Assembly: GCA_051294905.1 (NCBI GenBank)
Contig: CM119372.1
Coordinates: 15,192,001 to 15,256,000 of the forward strand
Reading direction: 5' to 3'
Source: Botryllus schlosseri
Lineage: Eukaryota
Length of the DNA stretch: 64,000 nucleotides
Shown: positions 40,245 through 50,833 of the stretch, piece after piece
Numbering within the stretch: the stretch's first letter is position 1
Layout of the letters: every line of letters starts with the position of its first letter
Translations under genes and position numbers: made by a program
Notes under the pieces: generated by a model
The model's database searches: none
What the model was told of the DNA's origin: nothing
Seen by the model: the letters and a program-made list of their open reading frames with translations, nothing else

Positions 40245-41610
40245 CAGGCCGTGTTATTTTTGGCATTTCAGGAGCCAGATGCCAAAACTGCCAAAAATAA
40301 AAATTTGAAAATGCCAAATTTAAGCAATTTTTGGCATATGCCAAAAATAACACGGCCTGCCAAATAGTGTATTTCGTTCATGGTGTTGTGTTAACAGGAC
40401 CGCGTTACAAGTGAGAAGAACGTTTGTGAAAGGCATGTTTCTTAATCTGGGTCCAACCCACCCATTAGGGGTGTAAGCATGGTGTCCTAAATGGTGTGGG
40501 CACAGCCAGATTGAACGGCTGACTGCATTTGGTTTACGTCATACTTTCTATTTGTCCAAAGACAATTTTACGACCGTTTTTGACCGGCTTGTCGAGCGTA
40601 AATTTGATAAAACGGGTATCAATGAGAAGCTGCCGCTGTACTGATTATTAAAATAAAAATTACATTCTGCTCATGGAACTGGAACCCCCAAAATTAACCA
40701 CGATTTTTTGCATTGTGATCGAGTTGAACATTGTGACGCAACAAACTGTCTGGCTATTTCTGAGCTGCATAGTCTCGTTTTGCCAGACAGTCTTGTTGCG
40801 TCAATGTCCTAAAACAAGCTAACCTTCCCAGGACTCTTCCATGGGAGTTGGTAATATTAAAGCCACCTGAAGTGACAAAAGTCCTCCGAAAATATATCGG
40901 TAGACTGAAGGGGAAATGATAGTCGGGCTACCAAATAGAATGTGTTGAGAGACAACACAGGAAACTCCTAGAAAAAGATCGGGAAGAAAATTCTTTCCGC
41001 GATGAGATCGATGGCACTGGCGAAGTGATCTCTTTTCATGATGCATAGAAGGCGGTTCGGCCCTCCAAAGATTTTGAAGCTCTGAAAACCTTTTGTGGAT
41101 GACTGGCAACATTCTTTCCCTAAACGGCTACTGTTGAAGCCGATATTTCCCAGATTCGCTGGGCGAGAAATGAATTTAGGAGAAACTTAGCTGACCTGAG
41201 TTTGGAAGCACTGTTACAGTGCAAACGATTTAAGTCTATTTAACAGCCGTAGCAATCAGCTGTTGAGCGTGTTTGTTAGTTTTTTTTGCTTTTTTTTTGC
41301 TTATTGGAACCGACTCTGATGGATACTGCACATTTTGTGGTTTCGTTTTATATTATTTACCTATGAAATCGTTGGGTTTTTTCTTCTTCTTATTGTTTGT
41401 TGGCACTGATTAAGTGATTATACGTGGATGCTGCGCATTTTGTGGTGTCTTTTGACAAACTAGCCCAAATAAAGCGTTTTTGTGACTAATTCAAGGCTGA
41501 AACTATCTATTTAGAGGACGATGCCAAAACTGCCAAAATTAAAAATCGAAAAATGCCAAAAATAAGTTATTTTTGGCTGTTTTGGCATATGCCAAAAATA
41601 ACACGGCCTG
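40245..41610 (+). mobile_element. TIR element CAGGCCGTGTTATTTTTGGCAT with a duplicated right end and a transposase relic
   Basis: 22-bp TIR at 40245; matching ends at 40359 and 41610; outer flanks TATACC / CATACC. Confidence 0.75.
41070..41243 (+). pseudogene. C-terminal fragment of a divergent hAT-like transposase
   Basis: Manual translation DFEALKTFCG*LATFFP*TATVEADISQIRWARNEFRRNLADLSLEALLQCKRFKSI*; resembles the hAT P-x-T/S-x-x-x-E-x-x-F-S dimerisation region; two internal stops. Confidence 0.65.
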
Positions 41611-41774
41611 CATACCTGAAAGTACGACATGCGAGCGATCCCTATACTAGCCCAGGGACCGCGCGAGAGATAGGGGGTCCAAAAGGGTCACCGTGCCAAC
41701 ACGAGTTTCGAGGCACCGTGCGAGAGGCCCCATAAGAACCCCACGAACACCCAGACCGATCTATACTACTACTT

Positions 41775-41857
41775 ACGTCTGACATGACCAGGGATTGAAC
41801 CTTACGAATTACCGATCAAGAAACCGAACACTCCACCATTACGCTATCTTGTCGGTT
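41775..41857 (-). mobile_element. tRNA-related SINE head (Pol III A and B boxes)
   Basis: Minus strand: A box TAGCGTAATGG (41836-41846) and B box GGTTCAATCCC (41791-41801) at tRNA-like spacing; no convincing cloverleaf. Confidence 0.6.
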
Positions 41858-42798
41858 ATTAGATATAGACTTCATGCGAGTGCACCATGCCTCATACCAT
41901 CATAAAATCTTTAGTGTAATAATTTTACAGCTATCATAAATTGAACGTGCCACAGATATTGGTAGAAAATTGCAAATTTAACAAAGACTGATACCCTACA
42001 TAAATATCATGATTGCTGTTTCATATTAAATTACAAATGCAAATGTCCAATCGCATAACAACCCTTTGGTATTACAGTGCTGGAGCGTAGCGCTCCACTA
42101 ATAAGCCACTCGCCACCTTAAACTAGCGATAATTTCATGGATAATGGGACCCTAAATGACACACGATGTAACTAACCATGCAGCAAGGGGACAACATGAT
42201 GCCTATATCGTTGCCATCACGGCTCGCTTAGGAGCGAAATACGCTACGAAAGCTACTAACTTTTTATCTAAAACTATTCCACATGACATGAAAATGATTC
42301 GTGGGGGCGCGCTGTCGTAATCAAAGTCACTGCGTTCCGAGTCACCAGTCTTTTACCATTTGACCCTAGTCCACATGAGTCATTTTCAGTTGATCACCGA
42401 ATCAGCTGACCTAGTCCGAGTAATTATACAAAAGCTCTACGGGGGGCATGTTAGTCATGAATTATCAATTTGAACTAATAACAGATCTTCCACCACATGG
42501 CAGCATTACGAAGTGATGCCATAATGAATTTTAATGAGTAGCCTACTTTTAGCATATTGGGGCAGTTTTATAGTGAATTTCAAGTTTTCGAATCTAAAAA
42601 AGATATGTGACATTTAAATAATGACAAACTATTGAATATCCAAAATTTGGACACAAGACGCATGAAATGTCTTCGTGGGAAGGTTGTTTGAGGCCCCGAT
42701 CTAGATTTTACTATCTCATAAAGTGATCTTTATTTTAATCGTTACATTGGAAATTGCGACATATTACGGATGAAAATGTGCCTCTATGTTGCCTGCAG

Positions 42799-42888
42799 GG
42801 AATGGAGTTGTTCGAAAGTTGGGGAACACTATATCCAGTCCGTGGTTTATGAACGTACGGGCCAGCTCTTTTCCATCTATAGAACAGC
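42799..42888 (+). CDS. Candidate upstream exon of the NLR-like gene (90 nt, phase 1-1)
   Basis: TTGCCTGCAG acceptor, GTGAGT donor, open frame (NGVVRKLGNTISSPWFMNVRASSFPSIEQ) compatible with the phase-1 NACHT exon. Confidence 0.5.
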
Positions 42889-43665
42889 GTGAGTTACTGG
42901 TATTTTACTTCTAACACATATTATTCTACTGATAAACCAAGATTTTTCAACTCGTTCATTATTTTGCATTTCCCTGCATTCGGAGATGAAAAAAAAAACA
43001 ATATCTTGGTGCCCTATACTTTACAAGAAGTCTAACCGATATTGTACAAATTTATTGGTGCGTAGCCTAAGTAAAATACCCGTCGTCTTTTTCTGCAATG
43101 CGATTGTACTTTGGACCGTTCTTATTGCTCTTGCGCGAAAGCCAGTGATCCCCAAACTGTGACCCGGGGCGCATTACGTCGCAGTGGAATCAAAGTGACT
43201 CAAGTCCATTTTACACATTTTAAGAAAATTGACTTTACTTTCAGCCACATATTGGTCCTGATTAGCTTTGAATTAATGAAATAGGCATAACCATAACCAA
43301 GAAATGACCGAAAAAATTGAAAATGTTTCGAAAACTTTTTTTTTTAAGTTTTGAAAATGAAGCTTCAAAATTTGAAAACTGGACATAAGTCACTTTGATT
43401 CCACTTATTGAGTGTACCGCCGCAGATTCTCATGTGACCATTACAATGGAACCAATCATGCCGATCAATTGCCCGTGAGTTGGGTAATGTCACGTCATAA
43501 TTGAACTGTTATGTGTCGAAGAAAGTCCCATTTCACGTTTGTAGTGAATCAAATGTAAATCATTAACAAATAATTAACCCGCAAAACGTGAGCACACTGC
43601 CTGGATATAGTTTAACGGTGTAGTGGTAGCCATGCCGAGCAGACTGTACCTGTTGATAATTGTAG

Positions 43666-45147
43666 GTGAGAAGAGGAAGAAAGCTCTGATAAAGACTGTG
43701 AACGACAACACCATGAAAATGACAATTCATGACCTCGGTGACGTCAGAAATAAATGGCTCAAGGAGTCTGATGTCGAAATTCATCCGCAGATGAGGATAT
43801 TTTACGAGAGCAGCTCACGCAACGGTCGTTACGGGAGAGAAGAGGATGCAGGTCAATCGATCACAATAGATAAGATCATGGCATCAACATCGATCACGGA
43901 AGAATCAGGTCGGACTGCGGCAGTTGGTGTCACTTTCGTCGCCGCATCAGGCGGTGCGGGGAAAACATATCTCCTTGGCAAATTAGCTCAAAAAGCCCTC
44001 CATGTATCGCCTGAGCGAGGAGATATGAGATCAAGAATGATACATTATGTCCAATTAATTGATATCCATGAACAAGAATTCATTAAACCGTCAAGATTCG
44101 TATTTGGTGATCTATGCAGAGAAGAAGATGACCAGGATCGAGCTTTCAGGTATCTAGTTGAACATCAAACTGAAGCCATTTTAATCTTCGACGGTTTCGA
44201 ACCATCTAAATTTCTATTCGGCGGCTATCAGAAAATGCCAGTAGAGCAAACGAAGCAGCCAATTTCGAATGTCGAAGGTCTCGATCAAGCAGGAAGATAT
44301 TTTCGAAAAATAAAAGAGTACGAAGAGGCAAGCACCTCAACGATCATGTACAACATATTGGCTCGGAATATTCTTCGCCATGTTAAAATCTTCGTAGCTG
44401 CTCGTGAATTTAATATCTTGGAGTTACCGACGACAACTCGGCCCGAAATGATTCTTACACTAAAGGGTTTCAGTGTGCAAGATTCGAAAAGACTTTTCAT
44501 TTCCTTAATCGACAAAAACGGCGAAAAAGTATGGAAAAAAATGGAAGCAGCGTCTCCACGCTTAATCGAGCTGCTATCGATACCTGCTTACCTGATTTTA
44601 ACAGCATTCGTAATGGGAAGTGATCCAAGCAGACCGCCACCTACTGCACTCACAGAATTATACGATCGGATCTTATTATGCCTTGCTAGCGTGGGAAACA
44701 TCCAAAATGGGCATCAGGTTTCTGACATAACTTACGCATCGGAAATGATGGCTTCCTCTTCAACCGTGGTGAGCCTACAAAAAGCGGAAAATGGAATTTT
44801 TGGGGTTATCAAAAAATTAAAAGCCATGGCATTCAGGGGATATTCGGAAGGAAAGACTGTGTTCCACGAAATAGACTTGATGCGGTTTAATTTGTCAGCA
44901 GGGGAAGTTCAATATTTCATGACAAAATCTACGTACTACAATCCTTACAGCAGCCGCCATGTGGCCAATTTCATTTTCCCTTATATACGTATCCAGGAAT
45001 TTCTCGCAGCAAGTTATGTTGCAGAGATGGAGTGGCAGAAATTTACGCGCTTCAATGACGAGTATCTTCACACCCGACGGTGGTCGGAAGTTCGAAGACT
45101 TGTCTCGGGAATCGTCTTCGCTGAATCAACGAATAAACTTCACAAAG
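43666..45147 (+). CDS. NACHT-domain exon of an NLR-like protein
   Basis: Within the 512-aa ORF: Walker A ASGGAGKT, Walker B ILIFDG, sensor-1-like KIFVAARE, LTLKGFS, LLSIPAY, LTELY, LKAMAFRG, IQEFLAASYV, RWSEVRRLVSG. Acceptor TTGTAG ends 43665; donor AAG|GTGAGG at 45147/45148. Confidence 0.92.
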
Positions 45148-45367
45148 GTGAGGTTTTATGATTAAGTGAATCAGCCATTTTCGAAAAATATTACATCTTT
45201 CTTCGATTCCTCGGCCGCTCTAGTATCAAAACCAGGGTTGTAATGACTTGAGTCCCGATTTTCTGATGACTCGAATTGACTCGGGTGGTTTTCTCAAAAT
45301 ACAAAAATGACTCGACTCGAGTCAATCTGTGTATTGACTCGACTTGGACTCGAGTCATTGCGCATGA

Positions 45368-45764
45368 TGTAACCGCAGAAATTTCAGGCCTAATCTGGGT
45401 ACACGACGTGGCACTGTCAGCTGTCTTCGCTCTGGTTGAAACTTCAACACGCGTCTTCTTGGGTGAAGTACGGTTTTTAATGATCCAAATTCCCAGCGAT
45501 TATACAACTGACCAAATAATTTATGACACAATCCAAATTCTTAATACAAACAGATAATACGAATTAAAATAACATGAAAGCCAAATAGAACCCTAAATAC
45601 GATAATACGCATCCTAAACTAAACGATTTGAGCCAAACAATAATATGCGACCAATACCATGCAGTGCGCCACGTGAAGTGATAGATTCGAGGCGCCAAAA
45701 CCATCATTCATGCGTCATAGAAAGAATCATTGGTCCATTGCGAAGGTGGAATTCTGCGGCAACA
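45368..45764 (-). repeat. 3' LTR
   Basis: Matches 49677-50073 except G45410 vs A49719; preceded on the sense strand by the PPT (45765-45775). Confidence 0.97.
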
Positions 45765-46065
45765 CCCTCACCCCCAAAAATGGGAAATTTATTACAATAA
45801 ATTTATACACATTTTTTCACAGGTGAAACAACAACTTCCCAAAACCATGCGAGAAAACAAATACAACAAAGCAACGAATCAATTAAATTGTATTGAGACA
45901 AAGTGTCACTCATGGCATTGTGACGCAATCAATAACGAAAACACATACTGTAGTAAACAACGAGTGCCGTAGTAAACAATGGGTTCCACAGCAGTAAATA
46001 ACCATTAACCAAACACCGAGTATTGAAGTTATTGAACGAGTGACGTTCTAGTGAATGGATTGATA

Positions 46066-49000
46066 TCATGTTGACGAGCTCTGAATAAGCACCAACTTAG
46101 TAATGGGCCTCTCAAGCTCAGAATTTTTTGTTTTGATACGAACCGACCTTACCAGGTCGTCTTTGCCAGGAAATAGTTGTGTGACACGGCCCAGAAGCCA
46201 TGCATTTCGGGGCAGGTTATCGTCCATGATTAGGACAATATCATCGATTTTTAGGTTACATTTACCATCAATCCATTTGGGCCGTTTTGCTGGAAGATTT
46301 GACATTTGCTGCGACTCTGGCTGTCGCTGCCGTTTACGACATATCACGCAATCATATATTATTTTTCTCAATTTGGGCTGAGGGCGCACAATCCAATATT
46401 TTTTACGAACCATTCCCAAGACATGCTCACGACCCGAATGTCCTGATAATCTGTGATGCCATTCAAAAATGGCGGAAGCAATCCTGCTATCTCTTGGCAC
46501 TACAATTTGGTGTTGATTTTCATAAGCAATGGGGGCTTCCATTATTCTGCCACCAACCCGCAGTAACTCATTTTCTATAAAAGGCTTCAACCTGTACAAA
46601 GTACTTGCAGGTCTGAGATTTTGACCATTTGCAATCGCATGCATTTCTGCAGCATAAAATTTTGCTTGCTCATGTTTGATAATTTCTCTTTCCGAATGCA
46701 ACACTTCATCTGTTGTTAATAGCCCTGCAGGGAGCGATTCATTACCGCCAGATGTTCCTCTAACCTTAGAGAGCAACCTATCTTTGTATCGTAACACCCA
46801 AGCAATCACCTTCTTGAGTTTGAACCAATTACAATGTTTTTTTATTGCCTCATCCATGAATTCAATACCAGGTGTAGGAACATCGCTCACTACAGTTGCA
46901 AGACATGTCTTTTTAGTTTTTACTTTATCAATTACGTCTGAACACATTTCACAGACACTGTCTGTGCTGACCTTTGTAAAGTTGCAGCTGACGGGCAATT
47001 TTCCATTGCCCTTTATTTCACTTCTCTCACACGCCACCGCCCAACCAATCAATGTGCGAACGGCATAGAAATCTGCCGGCCCATCAACCACTTCTCTTGG
47101 TCGATGAATACTTCTATTATCAAAGCCGATTAACAATTCAACATCACAGTCCACATCAGGAATTTCAATTCCATCGAACTCAGGAAAATCTTGGATATCT
47201 TCCTGGAGTGGCATTTCATATTTGCCCAAAGGTATCTCTTCGGTAGATACCAGCGTTGAAAGGGACACCCAATCATTACCATTATATGCCGATACTTCTA
47301 CATTGTCAATCAAAGTTTCTGTTTTGTGGGAACCAACGCCATTGAGAGTTTTTACAGCCACGCTGACATCCCTACCTTTAGCACTAATTCTTTCCAGCAA
47401 TGAATGTGTAATGAATGAATTTCTACTTGCTCCATCAAGCAACGCTTTGGTGGTAAAAATGTTTCCACCACTGCCGACACGCACTTTGACCGGCAAACCA
47501 GGCAATAATGCACCTGCTTCCTTTTGAATGCTACTAGCAAAGGTACTCGTCGTTTTGTCAGATTCCGAGTTTTGTTCCGATTTAATCAATTCAATTGGCT
47601 TATGACTTTGGGAAGGATTGTTATCAGGTGGATGAAGTAATGTAGTGTGCATACCGAAACAATTTGCCTGAGAACACGGCTTTTTACGATAACATTCTTT
47701 ACTGAAATGCCCTGCTTGAAGACACGAAAAACACAGCTTGTTTTGCTGCACAAAATCATGCCTTTGTTCAAAACTCATTGCTCGAAAGATATTGCATTGG
47801 TTGAGAAAATGAGTTTGCTTACATTGCGGACATGATGCAGTTGAACTCTCCATCTGTGTAACAAAACTGGATTTGCTTCCTTTAGGATTAACAGACCTTT
47901 CGTTATTCAAGGACCAATTTATTTTAGGCTTTGTTTCCAATTCTCGAGATTTCTTTCGAATGTAATTTGACAAGTCAAGCATGGTCAATTTTTCCCTTTT
48001 TACATTCACAATATTATCCACAATGGATCTCCATCCACTTCTCCATCCTTGCGGCAATCTATCCTCAACTTTGTCAATTACCATAATGTTGTCAATTTCA
48101 TGCAAACTATTTGTGCCCATTAAAGTTTCTCTGCATGAAACCAGTTTCGCCCAAAACATTGCCAAACCATCCCTATCGTTTTCAGAAAAACTAGGACCTC
48201 CAAGTATGGACTCCAGGCAACAGCGACTGATTTGATGTTCTTGCCCATAATTTTCATTTAATATTTTCCATGCCTTATCAAAGCATGAGTGAGAATCAGC
48301 ATGCAAACAACCTTTGATCAATACATGCGGGACACCCTTTGTATACTTCATTAGATATTGAAGCCTATGTTGTTGTGTTAACGCATATGGCTCTACTAAA
48401 GAATTGAAAGCCATTTTAAAATCATAAAAATCACTGGCGTTTCCTGTAAAGATGGGAGGTTCCGTGAGGGGTAATAAAGAAGGTAGGGGAACTTGGGCAT
48501 ACATAACCTTGGGTTCCGAATTACTGATATTGTTTTTAGTAGCAAGGAAACAAGCTTCAGCATTGGCTGGTGTCGAAATAAGAGCAGCGGGTTTAGGTCC
48601 CCGTTCATATTTTGGTAACTTAGTAGGTTCACTACGGCCCTGCAAACAAGGGCTATCAAAATCAATCAGATCTAGCACCGAGTTAACAGTATTTGAACCC
48701 AAAGGTTGCGAACTACCTGGAATGGATGGACAATTAACCTGAGGAACAAATTCGATGGCAGTTTCCTGCTTGACTACAGGACTCAGTCTAGTGCTAAAAA
48801 TTGATTGTCGGGTTTCTAAGGACTGAGGAACAAAAGGAATTTGAACGTCGGTGCGATTCATACCTGAAGCATTAACAGTAGGAAGCTCAAAACCAAGCAC
48901 CTTTCTCTCTGCGCGAGTTTCCTCAAGCGCAGATGCGATTTCGAATTGGTCCCTCTGATGTCTCATACTGAGTTCATCGATCTCTCGTTGTCTAATGCGT

Positions 49001-49611
49001 CTCAAGGTTTCAACCTCGGACTTGTTTTCCCGTTCGAGTTCTTCTGCTTCGAGCTTTTGCTGTCGAGCAATTTCTTCCCGTCTTGATTTAATCTTTTCAA
49101 GCATTTCTTCTTCTTCACGATGATGCCGCAACATGAGTTGCTGTTTTTCCAGAATATGACGTTGTGAGGATGAAGCAGATCTGGCCTCCAGAACCGCTTC
49201 TTGTTGCATCAATGTCATACCTACATCTGAGGTAGACATTGTTGAGCCTGAGCCATGTGATTGAGTAACATGACTTTTTGATTTAATACTCGATCGACCG
49301 CCAACCTTTGCCTTTGATCTGGTAGTCATCATATGTAGATTGTCTTTGGTTAGCAATGCACTTTTGGTGCTTCTTTTCACATGACGCGAAACCATGCCAG
49401 CAGACACGCAACTCGAACTTGTTCTAGTCTTTGTTTTGTTCAAGTTGTTTTTTGGCTGTGCTGCAGCTCCTATCGCGCCATAAGCTTTGGCATGCGTTGC
49501 TAATTGTTGAATCGGGCCTTCCATATTATCTTCGGATAACACCAGGGCGTCAATTTCACGTTGATTAGATGCTAGTTGATTGGAGACCGCAACATCTTTC
49601 AACAGCTCCAT
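46066..49611 (-). CDS. BEL/Pao Gag-protease polyprotein fused to integrase Zn-finger and C-terminal domain; lacks RT, RNase H and integrase core
   Basis: Coiled coil, DUF1759-like PPIFTGN..F..F, three knuckles (CPQCKQTHFLNQC, CFSCLQAGHFSKEC, CSQANCFGMHTTLLH), aspartic protease ALLDGAS, LRVGGRI, H..SGH..C..C, DUF5641-like W.LGRV..LFPGKDDLVRSV. No YVDD or DDE region seen. Confidence 0.93.
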   Translation of the reverse strand: MELLKDVAVSNQLASNQREIDALVLSEDNMEGPIQQLATHAKAYGAIGAAAQPKNNLNKTKTRTSSSCVSAGMVSRHVKRSTKSALLTKDNLHMMTTRSKAKVGGRSSIKSKSHVTQSHGSGSTMSTSDVGMTLMQQEAVLEARSASSSQRHILEKQQLMLRHHREEEEMLEKIKSRREEIARQQKLEAEELERENKSEVETLRRIRQREIDELSMRHQRDQFEIASALEETRAERKVLGFELPTVNASGMNRTDVQIPFVPQSLETRQSIFSTRLSPVVKQETAIEFVPQVNCPSIPGSSQPLGSNTVNSVLDLIDFDSPCLQGRSEPTKLPKYERGPKPAALISTPANAEACFLATKNNISNSEPKVMYAQVPLPSLLPLTEPPIFTGNASDFYDFKMAFNSLVEPYALTQQHRLQYLMKYTKGVPHVLIKGCLHADSHSCFDKAWKILNENYGQEHQISRCCLESILGGPSFSENDRDGLAMFWAKLVSCRETLMGTNSLHEIDNIMVIDKVEDRLPQGWRSGWRSIVDNIVNVKREKLTMLDLSNYIRKKSRELETKPKINWSLNNERSVNPKGSKSSFVTQMESSTASCPQCKQTHFLNQCNIFRAMSFEQRHDFVQQNKLCFSCLQAGHFSKECYRKKPCSQANCFGMHTTLLHPPDNNPSQSHKPIELIKSEQNSESDKTTSTFASSIQKEAGALLPGLPVKVRVGSGGNIFTTKALLDGASRNSFITHSLLERISAKGRDVSVAVKTLNGVGSHKTETLIDNVEVSAYNGNDWVSLSTLVSTEEIPLGKYEMPLQEDIQDFPEFDGIEIPDVDCDVELLIGFDNRSIHRPREVVDGPADFYAVRTLIGWAVACERSEIKGNGKLPVSCNFTKVSTDSVCEMCSDVIDKVKTKKTCLATVVSDVPTPGIEFMDEAIKKHCNWFKLKKVIAWVLRYKDRLLSKVRGTSGGNESLPAGLLTTDEVLHSEREIIKHEQAKFYAAEMHAIANGQNLRPASTLYRLKPFIENELLRVGGRIMEAPIAYENQHQIVVPRDSRIASAIFEWHHRLSGHSGREHVLGMVRKKYWIVRPQPKLRKIIYDCVICRKRQRQPESQQMSNLPAKRPKWIDGKCNLKIDDIVLIMDDNLPRNAWLLGRVTQLFPGKDDLVRSVRIKTKNSELERPITKLVLIQSSST

Positions 49612-49676
49612 TATGAAATATCCTTTGTCGTTTAGTGCAACGTTTCGTTTGATGCGATGTGATCATTAAAAACTTG

Positions 49677-50073
49677 TGTAACCGCAGAAATTTCAGGCCT
49701 AATCTGGGTACACGACGTAGCACTGTCAGCTGTCTTCGCTCTGGTTGAAACTTCAACACGCGTCTTCTTGGGTGAAGTACGGTTTTTAATGATCCAAATT
49801 CCCAGCGATTATACAACTGACCAAATAATTTATGACACAATCCAAATTCTTAATACAAACAGATAATACGAATTAAAATAACATGAAAGCCAAATAGAAC
49901 CCTAAATACGATAATACGCATCCTAAACTAAACGATTTGAGCCAAACAATAATATGCGACCAATACCATGCAGTGCGCCACGTGAAGTGATAGATTCGAG
50001 GCGCCAAAACCATCATTCATGCGTCATAGAAAGAATCATTGGTCCATTGCGAAGGTGGAATTCTGCGGCAACA
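49677..50073 (-). repeat. 5' LTR
   Basis: Upstream of the ORF on the minus strand; TG...CA ends; sense strand has TATAAT (49813-49808) and Inr-like TCATT (49792-49788). Confidence 0.97.
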
Positions 50074-50833
50074 CATGACTCGAACCAAGTCATATGACTC
50101 GAGATTCAGACGGCCAAGACCAACATTTCATTGCATTTTCTAAGATTGGTAAAGTAACCGCACTGTTGGGACCTCGTATATCGGTACTGGTACTTGAAAA
50201 TACAACCAGAAACTGCTAAAAGTGGGGAAAATTAGTATAATATGAATGCGAACCATTCGATATCACAAAACAGAGTTATAAAAAGTGGGTTTACCTAGAC
50301 TCCAACTGGAAACTGAGCAGTCAACAAAATGACTTGGACTCGGACTCGGGTCATAATGCCATGACTCGGACTTGACCCGCTGCTCACTGAGTTAAACTCG
50401 GACTTGACTCGGTGGTGAATTGAAAATGACTCGACCTGACTAGACTCAAAACTATAAAAGTGAGATTTACTTGTGACGCGGGGCCTTATGACTTCGTTAC
50501 AACCTGATCAAAACATTTCTGTGCCAAGAGATGCTAAGAGTAGTAGTTTAGTATACTTAAGTTGATGTATCGTTTTTTTGACAGAAAACGATAAGTTTTC
50601 AAATATTTCATTGGAAATATAGGCTATATATGTAAATTGACTAATGAAAGGGACGTAAATCTATTCAAATACCTCTTTCTACTTGGTACAAAATGAAGTG
50701 AAAAATGAGCATCTCGACTTCACGAACTTTTGAATTCGAAGTGTGCATATATGCGCGTCTAACATACAGCCATGCACTGTGAGCATAGAACCACTTTTCA
50801 ATATGTACTAGATACAGTAGATAGCCTCTAGCA

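Larger units (their letters stand above)
45368..50073 (-). mobile_element. BEL/Pao LTR retrotransposon, non-autonomous and recently inserted, in an NLR intron
   Basis: Two 397-bp TG...CA LTRs with one mismatch seen; 5-bp TSD CATGA (45363-45367, 50074-50078); polypurine tract GGGGGTGAGGG adjacent to the 3' LTR. Confidence 0.97.
45233..50506. mobile_element. GACTCG-repeat hAT-type MITE (copy 2) split by the BEL element
   Basis: Ends CAGGGTTGTAA / TTACAACCTG; TSD ATCAAAAC (45225-45232, 50507-50514). Confidence 0.88.

Noticed and set aside
41775..41857. Functional tRNA gene
   Set aside because: A and B boxes present but no convincing acceptor or anticodon stems; more consistent with a SINE head.
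43623..43665. ORF-track N-terminus (MVAMPSRLYLLIIV) as the protein start
   Set aside because: Lies upstream of a plausible splice acceptor ending at 43665 and is probably intronic.
46103..48742. Plus-strand ORFs overlapping the BEL ORF
   Set aside because: Antisense shadows of the long minus-strand ORF.
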